Part shown: positions 12,818-24,958 of the stretch, in pieces
Position numbering within the stretch: position 1 is the first letter of the stretch
How the letters are laid out: each line of letters opens with the position of its first letter
DNA from: Vitrella brassicaformis CCMP3155
Taxonomy: Eukaryota; Protista; Chromerida
Length of the DNA: 64,000 bases
NCBI GenBank assembly: GCA_001179505.1
Contig: CDMY01000123.1
Coordinates: 120,769-184,768, forward strand
Direction: 5' to 3'
Position numbers and translations under genes: made by a program
The notes under the pieces: generated by a model
What the model was told of the DNA's origin: nothing
Databases searched by the model: none
Seen by the model: only the letters and a program-made list of their open reading frames with translations

Positions 12818-15315
12818 ATGGGTCAGACTCTCAAGAAGGGCCGGGGCAAGAGGAAAGAACCACAGCAGCAGCAGCAAGAACACCAGCAGCAGGAGGAAGG
12901 TACAGCCGCCCACACACATGCAACACGATACACCCTGCGTGCGTTCCTTCATGTGTGTGTGTTTCAGGTCAGGATGAGGATTGGACAGTAGTACAGGCAG
13001 AGGGTGATGAGGCACAGCCAGACGCACAGCCAGAGGGGCCTCCTGCCGCAGCAGCGGTAACAGATCCAGATGCACCACAGCCGACGGAGGCCGATGCGCC
13101 ACAGCAGCAGCAGCCTGAGGACGACGCGCCGGAGCAAAAAGGTGAGCAAAGCATCAATGGGATCGATGGGATCGATGGGATCAACAACCAACACGCTCAC
13201 TCAACGGACATGCACATGTCCTCACTGTGTGTGCAGATGGTGAGGACCACCAGGAGGGAGTCGAGCCGGCCGTCGAGCAAAAAGATGAAGGCACCATAGA
13301 GCCGGCAGACGACAAAGAGGTCGCCAAGACGCAGCCGGCGGGTCGGCCCAAGAGAAAGCAGAAAGGGTTGGACAGAACGGGCCACAGGGCGCCGAATGCG
13401 CCATTGCCGGAGGTGGCCTTAGAAGATGTCAAGAAGAAGGGGCTTCTCGAGGTCAGGATGCTGTGTACGCCTATGTGCGTCAGTCAGCCCACACTCATGT
13501 GTGGCCTGTGGTCAATGCGTTTGCAGGCGACAACGACGAAGCACCTCAAGAAGAGGGAGTGGGAGAAGCGGCCGGCCCAGCAACCATCAGAGTAGGCAAG
13601 CGTTGGCAAGCAACGCCCACATACCACCAATACATGTGCTCTCTCTCTCTCTCTCTCTCTGTCTGTGTGTGTGTGTGTGTGTATGTGTGTGTGTGTGTAT
13701 CAGGAAGTCAATGCTCTGCAGTGACCACCCCGGCAAGACCACGTTTGACCGGTACGTAGACACACATGAGAGGAAGAGACCCACCGATTCATGTCAAAGC
13801 GATTTGTGTGCACGGATATGTGTGTGTGTGTGTGTGTGTGTGCAGATACTACACCCACGAGACCCTCAACAAGCGGCAGGCCATCCAGGACGTCCTCAAG
13901 TGCCCATTCGGCTCGAACATCAACAGAGAGGAAAACATCGCACGCGCAAGTGAGCAGACAGACAGACAGACACACACGTCGGTAGCGAGGCGCGAAGGCT
14001 GCTGGCACATCTGCACAATATAATGTGTCTGTGTGTGTGTGTGTGCAGTAGTGGATTGCCGTGAGGACATCTCGCTTACGTCAGACTTCCTCATCGACAG
14101 GTGCACATGTCAGACAATGATGGCCGGCAAACGGTGAGGCACATACGCACACACACACAGCAATGGATGGATGGATTGCCGGATGAATGGATGTACGGAC
14201 CATGGTGCGTGATGTGTTTGATGAATGGATGCAGCTGTGAGTTTCGGTGGTTTGAGGAACCAGACCGTTCGATCACTGCCCGCGAGTACATGAACAAACT
14301 CGTGGAATGGCTGCGCACGACACTCTCTCAGCTGCCCTCAGACAAGAGTACATCCACACACACACACGCCCCAAGAGAGAGAGAGAGAGAGATGGGGGAG
14401 CGGCCTGCGCACGTGTGTCTATATGTGTGTGTTGCAGCGTATCCGACTTCGTGCAAGGACGTGTTCGGCCAGATGGTGCGTCGGATCTTCTACGTGTATG
14501 CGCACGTGTACTACGAACACCTGCCGGACTTTGTGGAGATCGGAGAGGGCGGCCAACGGGTGGGTGGCCTACCCTTCTCACCTCACCGGAAAGCACTGCA
14601 TGCTTGGGCGCTGCATGTGTGTGCGCGTGTGTGTGTGTGTGTGTCAGCTGTCAAGGATAGCGGATTTGAATGCGGGCTTCTGCCATATCCTGGGGCTATG
14701 CGACGTAAGCGACTGAGGTTGCCACACACAGCGCGACACATGGATGTGTCCATCCTCTCCCTGTCCGTCCATCGCTTCCAACAGATGTATGACCTGTTCG
14801 ACGCTTCGCTCATCCCGCCGCTCCGGGTATGTCTGTGTGAATGCCGGCCACACACACTCACCAGACACACGCCAACACAGCCCACCTGAGGCCAGGCTGC
14901 CTGTGTGTCCATCTCTTCCCTCTTGGCTTGATTGATGCAGGAAATAGTGTCCATCTACAGGAGCTCTCCAGGCTGGATCCGCGCAGAGCCAGCTGTAGCT
15001 ACCGACGGCAATGGCAGCAGCAGCGAGCCGGCTGATGGCGCAGCGGCTGCGGCAGACAGAGCAGCCCCCGCCAACAATGACAATGAGCAACGGGTGAGTG
15101 GGCACCACCCCCACGGGCTGCCCTCTGTCTACGTGCATGCCTTCTCCTTTCGTGTGTGTGTGTGTGGGCAGCATTCGTCGTTGATAGCGGTTCAGGCGAG
15201 GTCGGCGGTGGATGTCGTGGCGATGATGGACGACGCGTCCACAGAGCAGCTGATAGAGGCCTTCACGGAGGAGGAGGATGGAAGGAAGAAGACTGACACG
15301 GTCGTGATGGACTGA
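12818..15315 (+). CDS. Mob1/phocein-family kinase activator with long acidic N-terminal extension; multi-exon
   Basis: Exons encode CEFRWFEEPDRSITAREYMNKLVEWLRTTL and YPTSCKDVFGQMVRRIFYVYAHVYYEHLPDF, matching the Mob1 'Y...L..W' and 'RLFRVYAHIY..H' motifs. Start MGQTLKKG at 12818, stop TGA at 13-aa-ending exon 15313-15315. Confidence 0.75.
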
Positions 15316-16016
15316 CATCACCGATGGACGGACGAACGTGTGCATTTGTGTATACGTGCTCATGTGTGTGATAGCGAGACAAGACAACCCCTGTGTGTCT
15401 GTGTGTCTATGTATGTGTGTATATGGCGGCGGGGAGAGAGGGCGGGGGGGCACTGGGGACCTTCTCGATGTATACGTACACTATTCGGGCCCCACACACG
15501 TACACAAGAATATGCACCGTTCCCGTGTCTCCGTCGATCCATCGCCCCGCAAGTTGTCTCACGTCTATCGCAGCCGCACATGCAGGCATACACAAGTTCG
15601 CCACTTTGTAGGTCTCGCACCAAAAATGTGGGTCCAGGAAGTAGGATAATGTACAATACACCACATTCGACGAGTCATCTGGGTACTCGACTGAATGAGT
15701 ACGTCGAGTGCATCGTGGACCAAGAATATTACAATCAGTCAGTCAGCGGCACACACATCTCACGCACTGCACCCAGCCGCACTCACCCAAGCCCTGACCG
15801 ACACCATCCATCCATCCATCCACCACCAACCGACCTCCCGCCCCCGACAAGCACCACCACCACCACCACCCGACTGTTTCGGTCAACAAGAACACCGCCG
15901 ACGCAAACAAGCAGACAGACGGGGAGAGAACAGCGACACAGCACACCCAGGCACACAACGCCAAAAAAGAAAGGCCGCACATCGACAGAACGTAATGAAC
16001 ACAAACGATAGGGAGT

Positions 16017-16240
16017 CCGCACCATACGGAGGGACGAAAAAAAAAAGGACAAAGCAGTGTCCGCACCATACGGAGGGACGGAGGGACGAAAAAAAAAAGG
16101 ACAAAGCAGTGTCCGCACCATACGGAGGGACGAAAAAAATGGGACAAAGCAGTGTCCGCACCACAGGGAAGGACAAAAAGAATAGGAAAAAGCAGTGTCA
16201 CCACCATACGGAGGGACAAAAAGAAAAGGAGAAAGGAGAA
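16017..16240. repeat. Minisatellite, 5 copies of about 43-44 bp
   Basis: Unit CCGCACCATACGGAGGGACG(A)nGGACAAAGCAGTGT starts at 16017, 16061, 16113, 16156 and 16199. Copy 2 carries an extra GAGGGACG. Confidence 0.9.
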
Positions 16241-16304
16241 GAAAAGGCAACGGGTAGGGCTGCTGACTCAAAAGCAATACAATACAATACAATACAATAA
16301 TTAA

Positions 16305-17792
16305 CTAACTAACGTACATCCATACCACGGACAAAAACAAAAAAGAAACAGCCATCCTCCCCCGTCTGTCTACATATGGGGCGCGGGGGCCTCTTCTCGT
16401 GGTGGTGGTGGGTGGTGGGTGCGGTGCTTCTCGTCGCGGGCTGGCCGATGGCCGAACGATTTGATCATCCAGCCCATCGTCGCTGTCCTCATCGTCAGCA
16501 TCGCCATCGCTGATAACATACGACACGTCCAGCACGTCTCGCTTGGTGTCAAATGCGTGATAGAAAGGCCTGAGACGCATCAGCAGGTCCTCCTCCGTCG
16601 GTGTCATGTGCTGCGGCGGGAAGGTGTCCGTGTCGGGTGCCCGCGGGAAGGGGTGAAAGCGAGATGGGAACGGCAGCGGAGGACGCAGACGGCTGCGACC
16701 TGTGGCAGACAGAAAAGACGCACACACATATACACACATAAATGCAGAAAAGACCAGTTGGGTGGGTGTGCCTCTTCTTCTCTTCTGACCAGGTGCCGTG
16801 AGTGCTCAGGTGACAGGTGGGTGGTCGTCCCTCGGGAATGGGAGGGGCGTCGACTCACGGTCGGCGCGGCCCACCACCACTGTCTCGAATCTCGATGTGA
16901 CCAAAGACCGCTGCCGACGCGGCTTTGGCTTGCGGCTACGCAACATACACCTGAATGCATCAGTCCATCCATCCATTTATGTGTCAGACCAGATCAGTGA
17001 AAGCATAGTAGGTGTCTCCGTTCTTGTCTCACCTGTCTCTCAGTTTGGTGTCGACTTGAGCCACGGTGGCCGGGCGAGTAACGGCATCATGCCTCTTCTT
17101 GCCCCCTGTTCGTCGAGAAAATGAGTTCACATCCTGGAAACGACACACACGGACGACCTGTGCGCGTGTGTGAAAGAATCCGACAGCCAAAGATGCCTTT
17201 ACTCACCCTGTCGACGTCTGACGGCGCTATCCTTGGCGTGAGAGGCCGTCCACGCACACTGAGCGGCACGTCCGCATCATCGCCAGCCTTGCGCTCTTCC
17301 GATTCCGGAACTCTCCCTTTCTTCGTCTCAAAGGTCGTGTCCTCACCAACCCGCTGCCCCGTGTGCGTGTCGGTCGGTGCGCTGGCCTCCTTCTCGTCCT
17401 CCTCTTGGGTGTCTTCCTGCCAGCCCCTCGTCCGCACGCTCTCAAGCAAAGTTGGCGTCGGACACACCTGCGGCAAGGGCGTGGGGGGCATGTGTCGCAT
17501 GACGGGGGACGGCATGAAAGCCCTCATACACGAAGCCCAGCGACAGCTGCGTGATCGGGGCACGGCCTTCGTTCACGAGCACCTGCCGCGCCTCTGTCTC
17601 GCTGCCGGCCACTGCGAGCATGTCCAGGTATGGCTTGTGACGTCTCAGGGCGGCCGCAAGCTGCAGGGCGACATCTCCTTTGGCCGTTAGTGTCCTGATC
17701 TTCCGGAATCGCACGTCAAAGGGAGCCACAGGGGCTGCCCAGCCTCCTCGGTCTGCAGTGAGTCGAGCGCCAGCTCCTTGGGCATCCTCCAT
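16305..17792 (-). CDS. Hypothetical multi-exon protein (low complexity, acidic)
   Basis: Minus-strand intron signatures (e.g. GTGAGT...TTTCCAG at about 17207-17134; acceptor CCACAG at about 16700). Exon-like segments include LRRHKPYLDMLAVAGSETEARQVLVNEG and MTPTEEDLLMRLRPFYHAFDTKRDVLDVSYVISDGDADDED. No family recognised and boundaries are uncertain. Confidence 0.35.
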
Positions 17793-19344
17793 GCGAGAAT
17801 GTCCGCCAGCTGCAGCTTGTCAAGGTTCGGCCGGACCTTGCGCAGCAGCACCCTGGCCAACCCCCAGCCCGATGCGACCCTTCACAGACCTCTCACCGGC
17901 TCCAGTCCAATGGGACTGAGTGCCTCGAGCTTGGAAGGTTTAGGTGGATCGGTGTCGGCTGAGGGGCTCCAGCCGTCCGCACACTCGATGGCGATGCTGC
18001 AGCCCCCAGGCGGCAACCACCATGAGAAGCGCAGCTCACCGACCAGGCTGTCCGCGATCGGGCGGTTCTGTTCACATATCCATCCACCCATCCCTCCATC
18101 CATGTGTTGTGTGGCGGTGTGTGCATTTATGTCTCACCTGGGGGCGGGCCATCTGGTCCTGCATGGCCGTCCACACATAGCGGTATCTGACGGGCCTCAT
18201 TCCCTGGACCTCGAAGCACAGAAGGTTGTTGTCCAAGACGTCAAGTCGCAGATTGCAAGTGTCCAGCAGCGCACTGAGGAGGGGCAGGCCGCAGGCTGGC
18301 AGCTCGCCTAAGTCGCACCGTGTGTGTGACAGCAGGTGGGTAAGGGGGACGTCATGGACGCCATCGCGTCAATCAGCGAGGCAGTCATTGAGGAGAAGCG
18401 TATGGCAGTCGCTTCAATGCACGATCACACACAGGAGATGCAGGAACTTCGAGCAACCGCGGTCCACCAAACGCCTCTGAAATTGCAACACAATCGAGAA
18501 CACAATCCACGTTCCGAGGGCCTCTGCCCCCCGCTGTCTGTGGACTTCCATTCTGTGGCACCTGCAGGTCTCGGAGGCCGTGTGTGAGATCAGCTGATTC
18601 GATGCCGTAGAGCCTGGTGTGGCCTATCGTCCGCAGGTTCGCGAGAGGCCCCTGGCTTCCCTGCTGCCCCACTGGGATGGACCCAAACAGCTCCACCAGC
18701 TCTGGGGGCGTCTGTTGGCCCACCTGCAGGTGAGCCAGGGACGTCGATGTGGCCACCGGGGACCACGGTGTCTGGTGCAGACACATCCATCCCCGCCCAT
18801 CGGTCTTGAGATGTCCGCGGGGGACGCCGCTGACCTCTGTGAGCGCCGGAAGGCTGATGGATTGGGAAGGGGCGGCAGCAGGAGGGTCGGAGTTGGTGCT
18901 GGCAGCAGAAGGGTCAGTGACCTGAGTGAGCCCTCGGCCCAGGCCCTCCTTGTCCCGCGCCAATGGCCGTCCCGATACATGCCCCTCGACGAGTGCGATA
19001 ACGATCCCAAGGCACCATCCTGGTGCAAACAAGGAGGGACCCCTTGTGCCGTGAGGGGTCTGTGGATAGCGGTGGATGAGGCACTTGAGGTTGACATCTG
19101 TTGGCCGAGCTCGTATGCCGTCTGCACCGTCATGGCCGTCCAGAATGACCGCTGCCGTGTGTGGCGGCAGTCGATGACGAGTGTGGAGCTCTAGAGGCGA
19201 CATCTGACACCTTCAATTGAGCCATCTCTTCGTCGATGCGTTCTGACGGGGACAGACAGCTGATGAACGTGGGCCGGCATTGCGATAATGCGATAATGCG
19301 ATGAGAGAGGGCCGTCAAGGCCCTGAACACACAGACACACACAT

Positions 19345-20812
19345 CTATACGCATGATCTCTTTCTTGTGTGTGTCTCGCTCGCCACCTCTCTCAAGAAAA
19401 AGGGAGGCCCCGCCCCCCCTCCCCCTCCCCCTTCCACCCCACTCCCCCAGAAAGACCGCATGTGCTGCCCCACATGCAGAGGCACCGACACCTCGCCCGC
19501 GCACCCAAACAACCAGAAGTACGTCGGTGTATCGGGAATCATGATGACGTCGCCTTGCCAGTCGAGCAGCGTCACCCCATCGCTATGCAGACGAACCACC
19601 CCCTCCCTGCTCTCCGCCACTCGCACCCTCTTCATCGGCCGCCCCTCAGCCTCGTCTACATCCATCATCACCTCGTCGGTGTCGTCCACACGGCCGCTGT
19701 CCTGGGAGATAGGGGCGACAATGGACATGGCCAGGGCAGCCGTCGCAGGTGGCACGGGCGGTGTAGTGGCCGATGAGTGTGCACTTGCGGGTGCTGCTGC
19801 TATGGGGCTGGGGAGCGGAGGGCTGAGGTTGGTAACGGCAGCAGCCGGCGCAGCAGGGGTGCTAGACCTTGCACCCGCAGCGGCCATCGCTGCAACAGGC
19901 AGTAGCGGAGTAGGGGCGGCGTGTGGTAGAGCACCAGCAGCAGCAGCAGCAGCAGCAACAGGGGGCGGAGAGGGAGCATCGCGCGTCCTGGGGCCGTCAG
20001 GCTGCAGCAGCAGAGGCGCAGGAGCATCCTCAGGATCCGCAGCCCGACAGCCTCGACGCACACGGAGGCGTACACGCCTCCGGCCATTGCCCTCGGCAGG
20101 TGGAGCAGCCTCATCAGCTGAGGCGGCTGCGGCGGTGGAACCTTCTGGAGGCTGACGGGGGGCGTCCTCGTCTTCGATGAGCGGCCCGTCTTCTGTATCC
20201 CAGATTCTCACATTCCTCTGTACATATACACGCAGAACATACACGTATATGCTCACATCGCCATCCATGTGTCTGTGCATACGCGCCATCACTCACCTGA
20301 CGCTCGGGCGTGCGGTACTGGTCCTCCTGGCCCGCCCCGCCCGTGGTGGCCGTGGGCTGCTCCCCTTGGCCTCCTCCTGCTGCCGCTGCTGAGCTAGATG
20401 GAGCGGCTGCCGCTGCAGCTGCAGCAGCTGGACCGCTGCCTCCCCCTTGCTCGCCCTCCCCTCGACCCCTCTTCCTCTCCTCCCCCGAGGACGTGTAACG
20501 ATGAACCCCAACTGACATGCCCGCAGCCCTGAGTTGGGCGACAAAGTCATCAATGGGCACCAGGTCTGGTCTGCTGCTGGATGCCGCCGGCTGCTGCTGG
20601 GTCTGGGTCGTGGCGACCGGGGCGGAAGGGGCTTGAGCACTTGGAGCAGGGGCTCTGGCGGCTGCCGCGATGCGCGACGCGAAATTGGCTGTGGAAACGG
20701 GCGCATGCCGGCCCGGGCTGCTCGGCTGGACGGCACCGGGTGCTGCTGCTGCCGTTGGATGACGACTGGCAGCGGGGCGGGGTGCTTCCACGCTGGGCGG
20801 AGTATTCGGCAT
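19345..20812 (-). CDS. Hypothetical Ala/Pro-rich protein, 'MPNTPPSVEAP / DLVPIDDFVAQLRAAGMSVGVHRY' family, copy 1
   Basis: Exon 1 at 20812-20297 (donor GTGAGT), exon 2 from 20217 (RNVRIWDTEDGPLIEDED...). Sequence and intron position are shared with the copy at 23497-24540. Confidence 0.55.
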
Positions 20813-21398
20813 GGGGCAGGATAACGAAATCAAGGTTCTTCACAATAGCAACGACTACAGTGCAATTGCAATAGAAGGCGGCGGTGCGGTGCCCGAAACG
20901 AAGGACGACTAAGACGCCCCACGGAAAGACGCCAAGCTCGCATCTAGGACATTGCGTGAAACTGCTCGTCGTTTCCACGTTGACGAGGCCAAATCCCATC
21001 TCTCCAGGGGCAAATGCTGTGTCCTTGCTTACCCTTTGTCGGCATGCAGTCGTGAGCAACGGTATTTTCGGATTGCAGGGGCCTATTGAGGCTGGGCAGG
21101 CTGGGCTGAGGTATCGCTGGGCTGGGTTGAGGTCGTGGCGACCGGGGCGGCAGGGGTCGGTTGCAGATGAGATATCGTGATACGCGTGGAGCGTCCCTCG
21201 GTGCGACCTCAACCACATGATTCAGACCTGCCAATTCATTCCCTCACGTGGCTCTTCAAACCTGATGGATGGGATCAGCCCGGCAGCCCTGGCTATCGAC
21301 GACCAGGTATGCACCACTCCATAGCGCGTGTGTCTGTGTCCAGAAAGTGCACGTGTAATGCGCGGGTGTGTCTGACCGTCTATCTCTCCGTCTGTCAG

Positions 21399-22036
21399 GT
21401 GCGCAAGATCCTGGCGGAGATAGGCAAGGATCCCACAGCCACCATCAACTACGAGGAGTTTGAGAAAATCATGAGCTGACGCATGGTACGCGACGCGACC
21501 AGCCAAACACAGCAGAAGGGTTGGGTGTCATGGCAGTGCACTGTGTGTGTGTCGCATTGCGTGGTGGTGTGTGTAGGGTGAGAAGGACAGCCGGGAGGAG
21601 ATCATGAAGGTGTTCAAACTATTCGATGACGACGACACGGGTACAGTACACACGAGGCATTCGCACACCGAACACACAAGAACACACACAAGCATACCAC
21701 GCTGGCTGTATGTGGGTCATCATGACCATGCAGGCAAGATAAGTTTCCGCAACTTGAAGCGCGTTGCTGCTGAGTTGGGCGAGACGTTGATGGACGAGGA
21801 GTTGCAGGAGATGATCGACGAGGCCGACAGGGACGGAGATGGACTCATCAACCCAGACGAATTCCAACGGTAGGTACATGCAGGCAACCATCACACTCAC
21901 ACACAGACATGGACATAAGGTCAGGTCACCACACATCCCTCTGTGCGTGTGTGTGTGTCTGTGTGATCGATCAACCAGGGTGATGCGGCGCCGCGGCGAT
22001 GGCCCGCTGAACGACTTCGATAGCGATGAGGACTAG
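21399..22036 (+). pseudogene. Centrin (EF-hand) 3' half with in-frame TGA; N-terminal half absent
   Basis: Exons 21399-21485, 21577-21640, 21734-21869 and 21979-22036 give VRKILAEIGKDPTATINYEEFEKIMS*RM|[21 protein letters not shown]|[46 protein letters not shown]|VMRRRGDGPLNDFDSDED*. TGA at 21477-21479. Confidence 0.85.
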
Positions 22037-22633
22037 GGGAGGGAGGGAGGGAGGGAGGGACGGAGGGAGGGACGGAGGGACGGAGAAGGGCAGTGCTGAC
22101 ACACATGGGCACTGCACACATAGATGAGCTGACATGGATCAATCGATGTCGGCTTGGTGACCGCAGGAGCCAATCGACTTACACGCCTGCATTCATTTTT
22201 GTACAGCAGTGGCTTTGCTTTCGATTCTATTTTCTTGGGGTTGCTGACTTGGCTGTGTGTGACACCAGCAGACCAGTGGCTGGCTAGTGTCTGTGATGTG
22301 ATGTGTGGACAGGTGGGTGATGCCTGCCTGGCCGAGAGCTGTGCGTGTGAATATGTGCGTGGAGCCTTCCTTCCTTTCTCATGTCTGTCTGCATGTGATG
22401 TGCGTGTGTTGACACTTGCTGTGATGACTGACTGACTGCCTGTCTACACGTACGTACGGTACACAGTGATGATTTAATGGAATGGACGGTATCAGTCAAT
22501 CACGTGTATGTGCATTCAGGTGTCCATCCATCCATCAGCCTCAAGAGCCTATCTACACACACGACACGACACGGCCCCCCCATGAACACCCCGTTGCACC
22601 CCCACTCACCCCTGCACACACTGGTTGTCTCTC

Positions 22634-22683
<50 letters not shown>

Positions 22684-23319
22684 TGTGTGCGTGTGTGTGT
22701 GTGTCACTCATGCGAAGGCGAGGTTGGAAGGGCCAAGCCTGAGCAAAGTGTGCATGGTGTGTGTGTCTATGTGCGCTGCTTGGGTGTCGTGAAAGGCTTC
22801 TTTTCCCTGGCAAGACAACATGGTGTGTACGGTGGGAGAGAGGATATACTGACGAATACAGATACGCAGCGGGAACCGTTCACCATCGTGTATGACTGGT
22901 GCACGACCGTATGTAGAATTAAAATAACTATGTACACATCCCTCGACTCTCCAGAATGCTCGTCCATACATGCGCCCTCCTCATCATTGCCCACGCGAAT
23001 CCTGAGTATCATTGCCCACGCCTATGTCGCTTAACGGACGGGAGACTTCAGGATATAAAACGTAGGCAGCGATATCAAGACTGAAAGCAGAAGGACACAC
23101 AGGAAGAGGGAATGAGGATGATGTTTATCCTTTCCCACGTGCCCAGTGCCACACCGTGATGTGTCACGACACCTAAACCCACACAGGCACACACACACAA
23201 AGAGAGAGAGAGACACACAGAGACACACACACATAAGAAACAGGATGAAAGCGGGCAAGAATGGATGTGTATTTCATTCGTGCCGTGTCTCTCACCTCTC
23301 TCATTGCAAAAGAGAGGTG

Positions 23320-23389
23320 CCCCCGGCGATGCTGCCTGACGCGCAGCAGCTGAGCGCGGGGCCTCCACACTTGGTGGAGTGTTCGGCAT
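23320..23389 (-). pseudogene. 5' stub of the 'MPNTPPSVEAP' family, copy 2
   Basis: ATG at 23389 reads MPNTPPSVEAPRSAAARQAASPG, with the first 12 residues identical to copy 1. Similarity is then lost. Confidence 0.6.
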
Positions 23390-23496
23390 GCAGGACGTGG
23401 ATGACGGGCGGCGTGTGGGCGGCCGAGACAAACTAATTCAGCCTCTTTACCACGGAAAGGCAGTGCAATTCAAAGAAACGGAATGAGGCGGCTCCT

Positions 23497-24540
23497 TTAA
23501 GATGGGACAGAAACCATTTTGAAAGTGAGAACATTCTTTTCAGCTGTGTACGTGTACCGACGTACCCTCACAGAAATTCCTCCGAGGTTCATCCACACGG
23601 TCGCTGTCCTGGGAGAGAGCGGCGACAGGGGACACGGCCGCCGCAGCACCACCATCATTCTCATTTCGTCCACCGCCAGCTGCAGGAACACTGGGCGAAA
23701 GGCTGCTTGCAGAGCCGTCCCATTGCTCCCGAGGTGGTGTTGCGCGGCTGCAGCACCACTGCGAGCACCACCAGCAGGACCAGCACCCTCAACACCCCTT
23801 GTTCCTCGACGCACACGCAGCCGCCTGCGGCCGTTGACCTCGGTAGATGGCTGGGCGGCAGCCGCTGCTGCTGCGGATGAGCGGGACGTCGCGTCCTCGT
23901 CCTCAATTTCCGGACCTTCCTCCGCATCCCAGCTTCTCACACTCCTCTGTACACATCACATACATATGCACACGCAGAAGACACACGTCTTTGCTCACAT
24001 CACCATCCATATGCCTGTGTGCATCCCGACCACTACTCACCTGGCGCTCGGGCGTGTGGTACTGATCCGCCTGGCCTGGCTCCCCCGTCGTCCTCTCCGC
24101 TTGGCCTCCTTCCGCTGCGGCGGCTGCTGAGGTGGAGGCAGCGGCTGCTGGTGCGGCTGGGGTTGGGGCTGGAGAGGCTGCAGCTGATGCTGCGGGACCG
24201 CTGCCTGCCCCCTGCTCGTCCTCCCTCCCCCTCTTTCGCTCCTCGCCCGTGGAGGTGTACCGATGAACCCCCACAGACATTCCCGCGGCCCTCAACTGAG
24301 CGATGAAATCATCGATGGGGACCAGGTCCGGACTGTTGCTGAATGCTGCCGGCTGCTGCTGGGTCTGGGTCATGCCAGTGGGGTTCGTGGTGACCGGGGC
24401 GGCAGGGGCGGCAGGGGCGGCAGCGGCAATACGCGACGAAAAGGCCGCTGCTAAAACGGGTGGGCGGATGCTGCTGCAGCGGCTGCGAGGCGTCGTCCTC
24501 TGGCCCGGGGGGCTTCAACACTTGGCGGCGTGGTGGGCAT
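23497..24540 (-). pseudogene. 'MPTTPPSVEAP' family copy 3, with a 5' frameshift
   Basis: ATG at 24540. The frame breaks near the GCCCCCC run at about 24510, then reads ...DLVPIDDFIAQLRAAGMSVGVHRYTSTGEERKRGRE...DQYHTPERQ | intron | RSWDAEEGPEIEDEDA...NGRRRLRVRRG, paralogous to copy 1. Confidence 0.6.
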
Positions 24541-24958
24541 GCAGAGCCTCGTGCAGAACTCGATAGCAAGACAACTAATTTCAGACTTTCAACGTCACTC
24601 TGCAGTGGAAGATGAATAGATGCGGACACGACGGCTCCCTCGATGGGTGCGGAACTCTCGTATGGAACGAACGAATGCTCCGTGAGGCTTCACCGAAAAA
24701 TATAAAATAAAGACGTCTCGCGTCTCGCGAATTCTCGACAGGTGGGGCGGATGCGCAACCGAGCAGACACAGATGAAAATTCGAAATATCGGGATTATTG
24801 TTTCGTCTCACATACTCGGCGAGGTTGGGCATCCTCGATGGTCGTGCGGCAGATTCTGGTTTTTCGTGTTTGGTGTTTGGTGGACCAGGTGAGCCTAGCT
24901 GTAAAGGTTGATTCTGTGCGTTCATCTAGCTGTCACACGCATAATCCACACAATCTGT

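Noticed and set aside
16017-16240. Minisatellite as a CRISPR array
   Set aside because: Units are directly adjacent with no unique spacers, there are no cas genes, and the context is eukaryotic.
17778-18590. Plus-strand coiled-coil-like pieces (QKVVVQDVKSQIASVQQR; MDAIASISEAVIEEKR)
   Set aside because: I could not build a consistent spliced model with start and stop, and the pieces overlap ambiguous minus-strand frames. Possibly a decayed gene, but unsupported.
19301-20155. 284-aa plus-strand ORF and similar long antisense ORFs over BRWD, ANTH and HAT1
   Set aside because: These are shadows of GC-rich coding sequence on the opposite strand.
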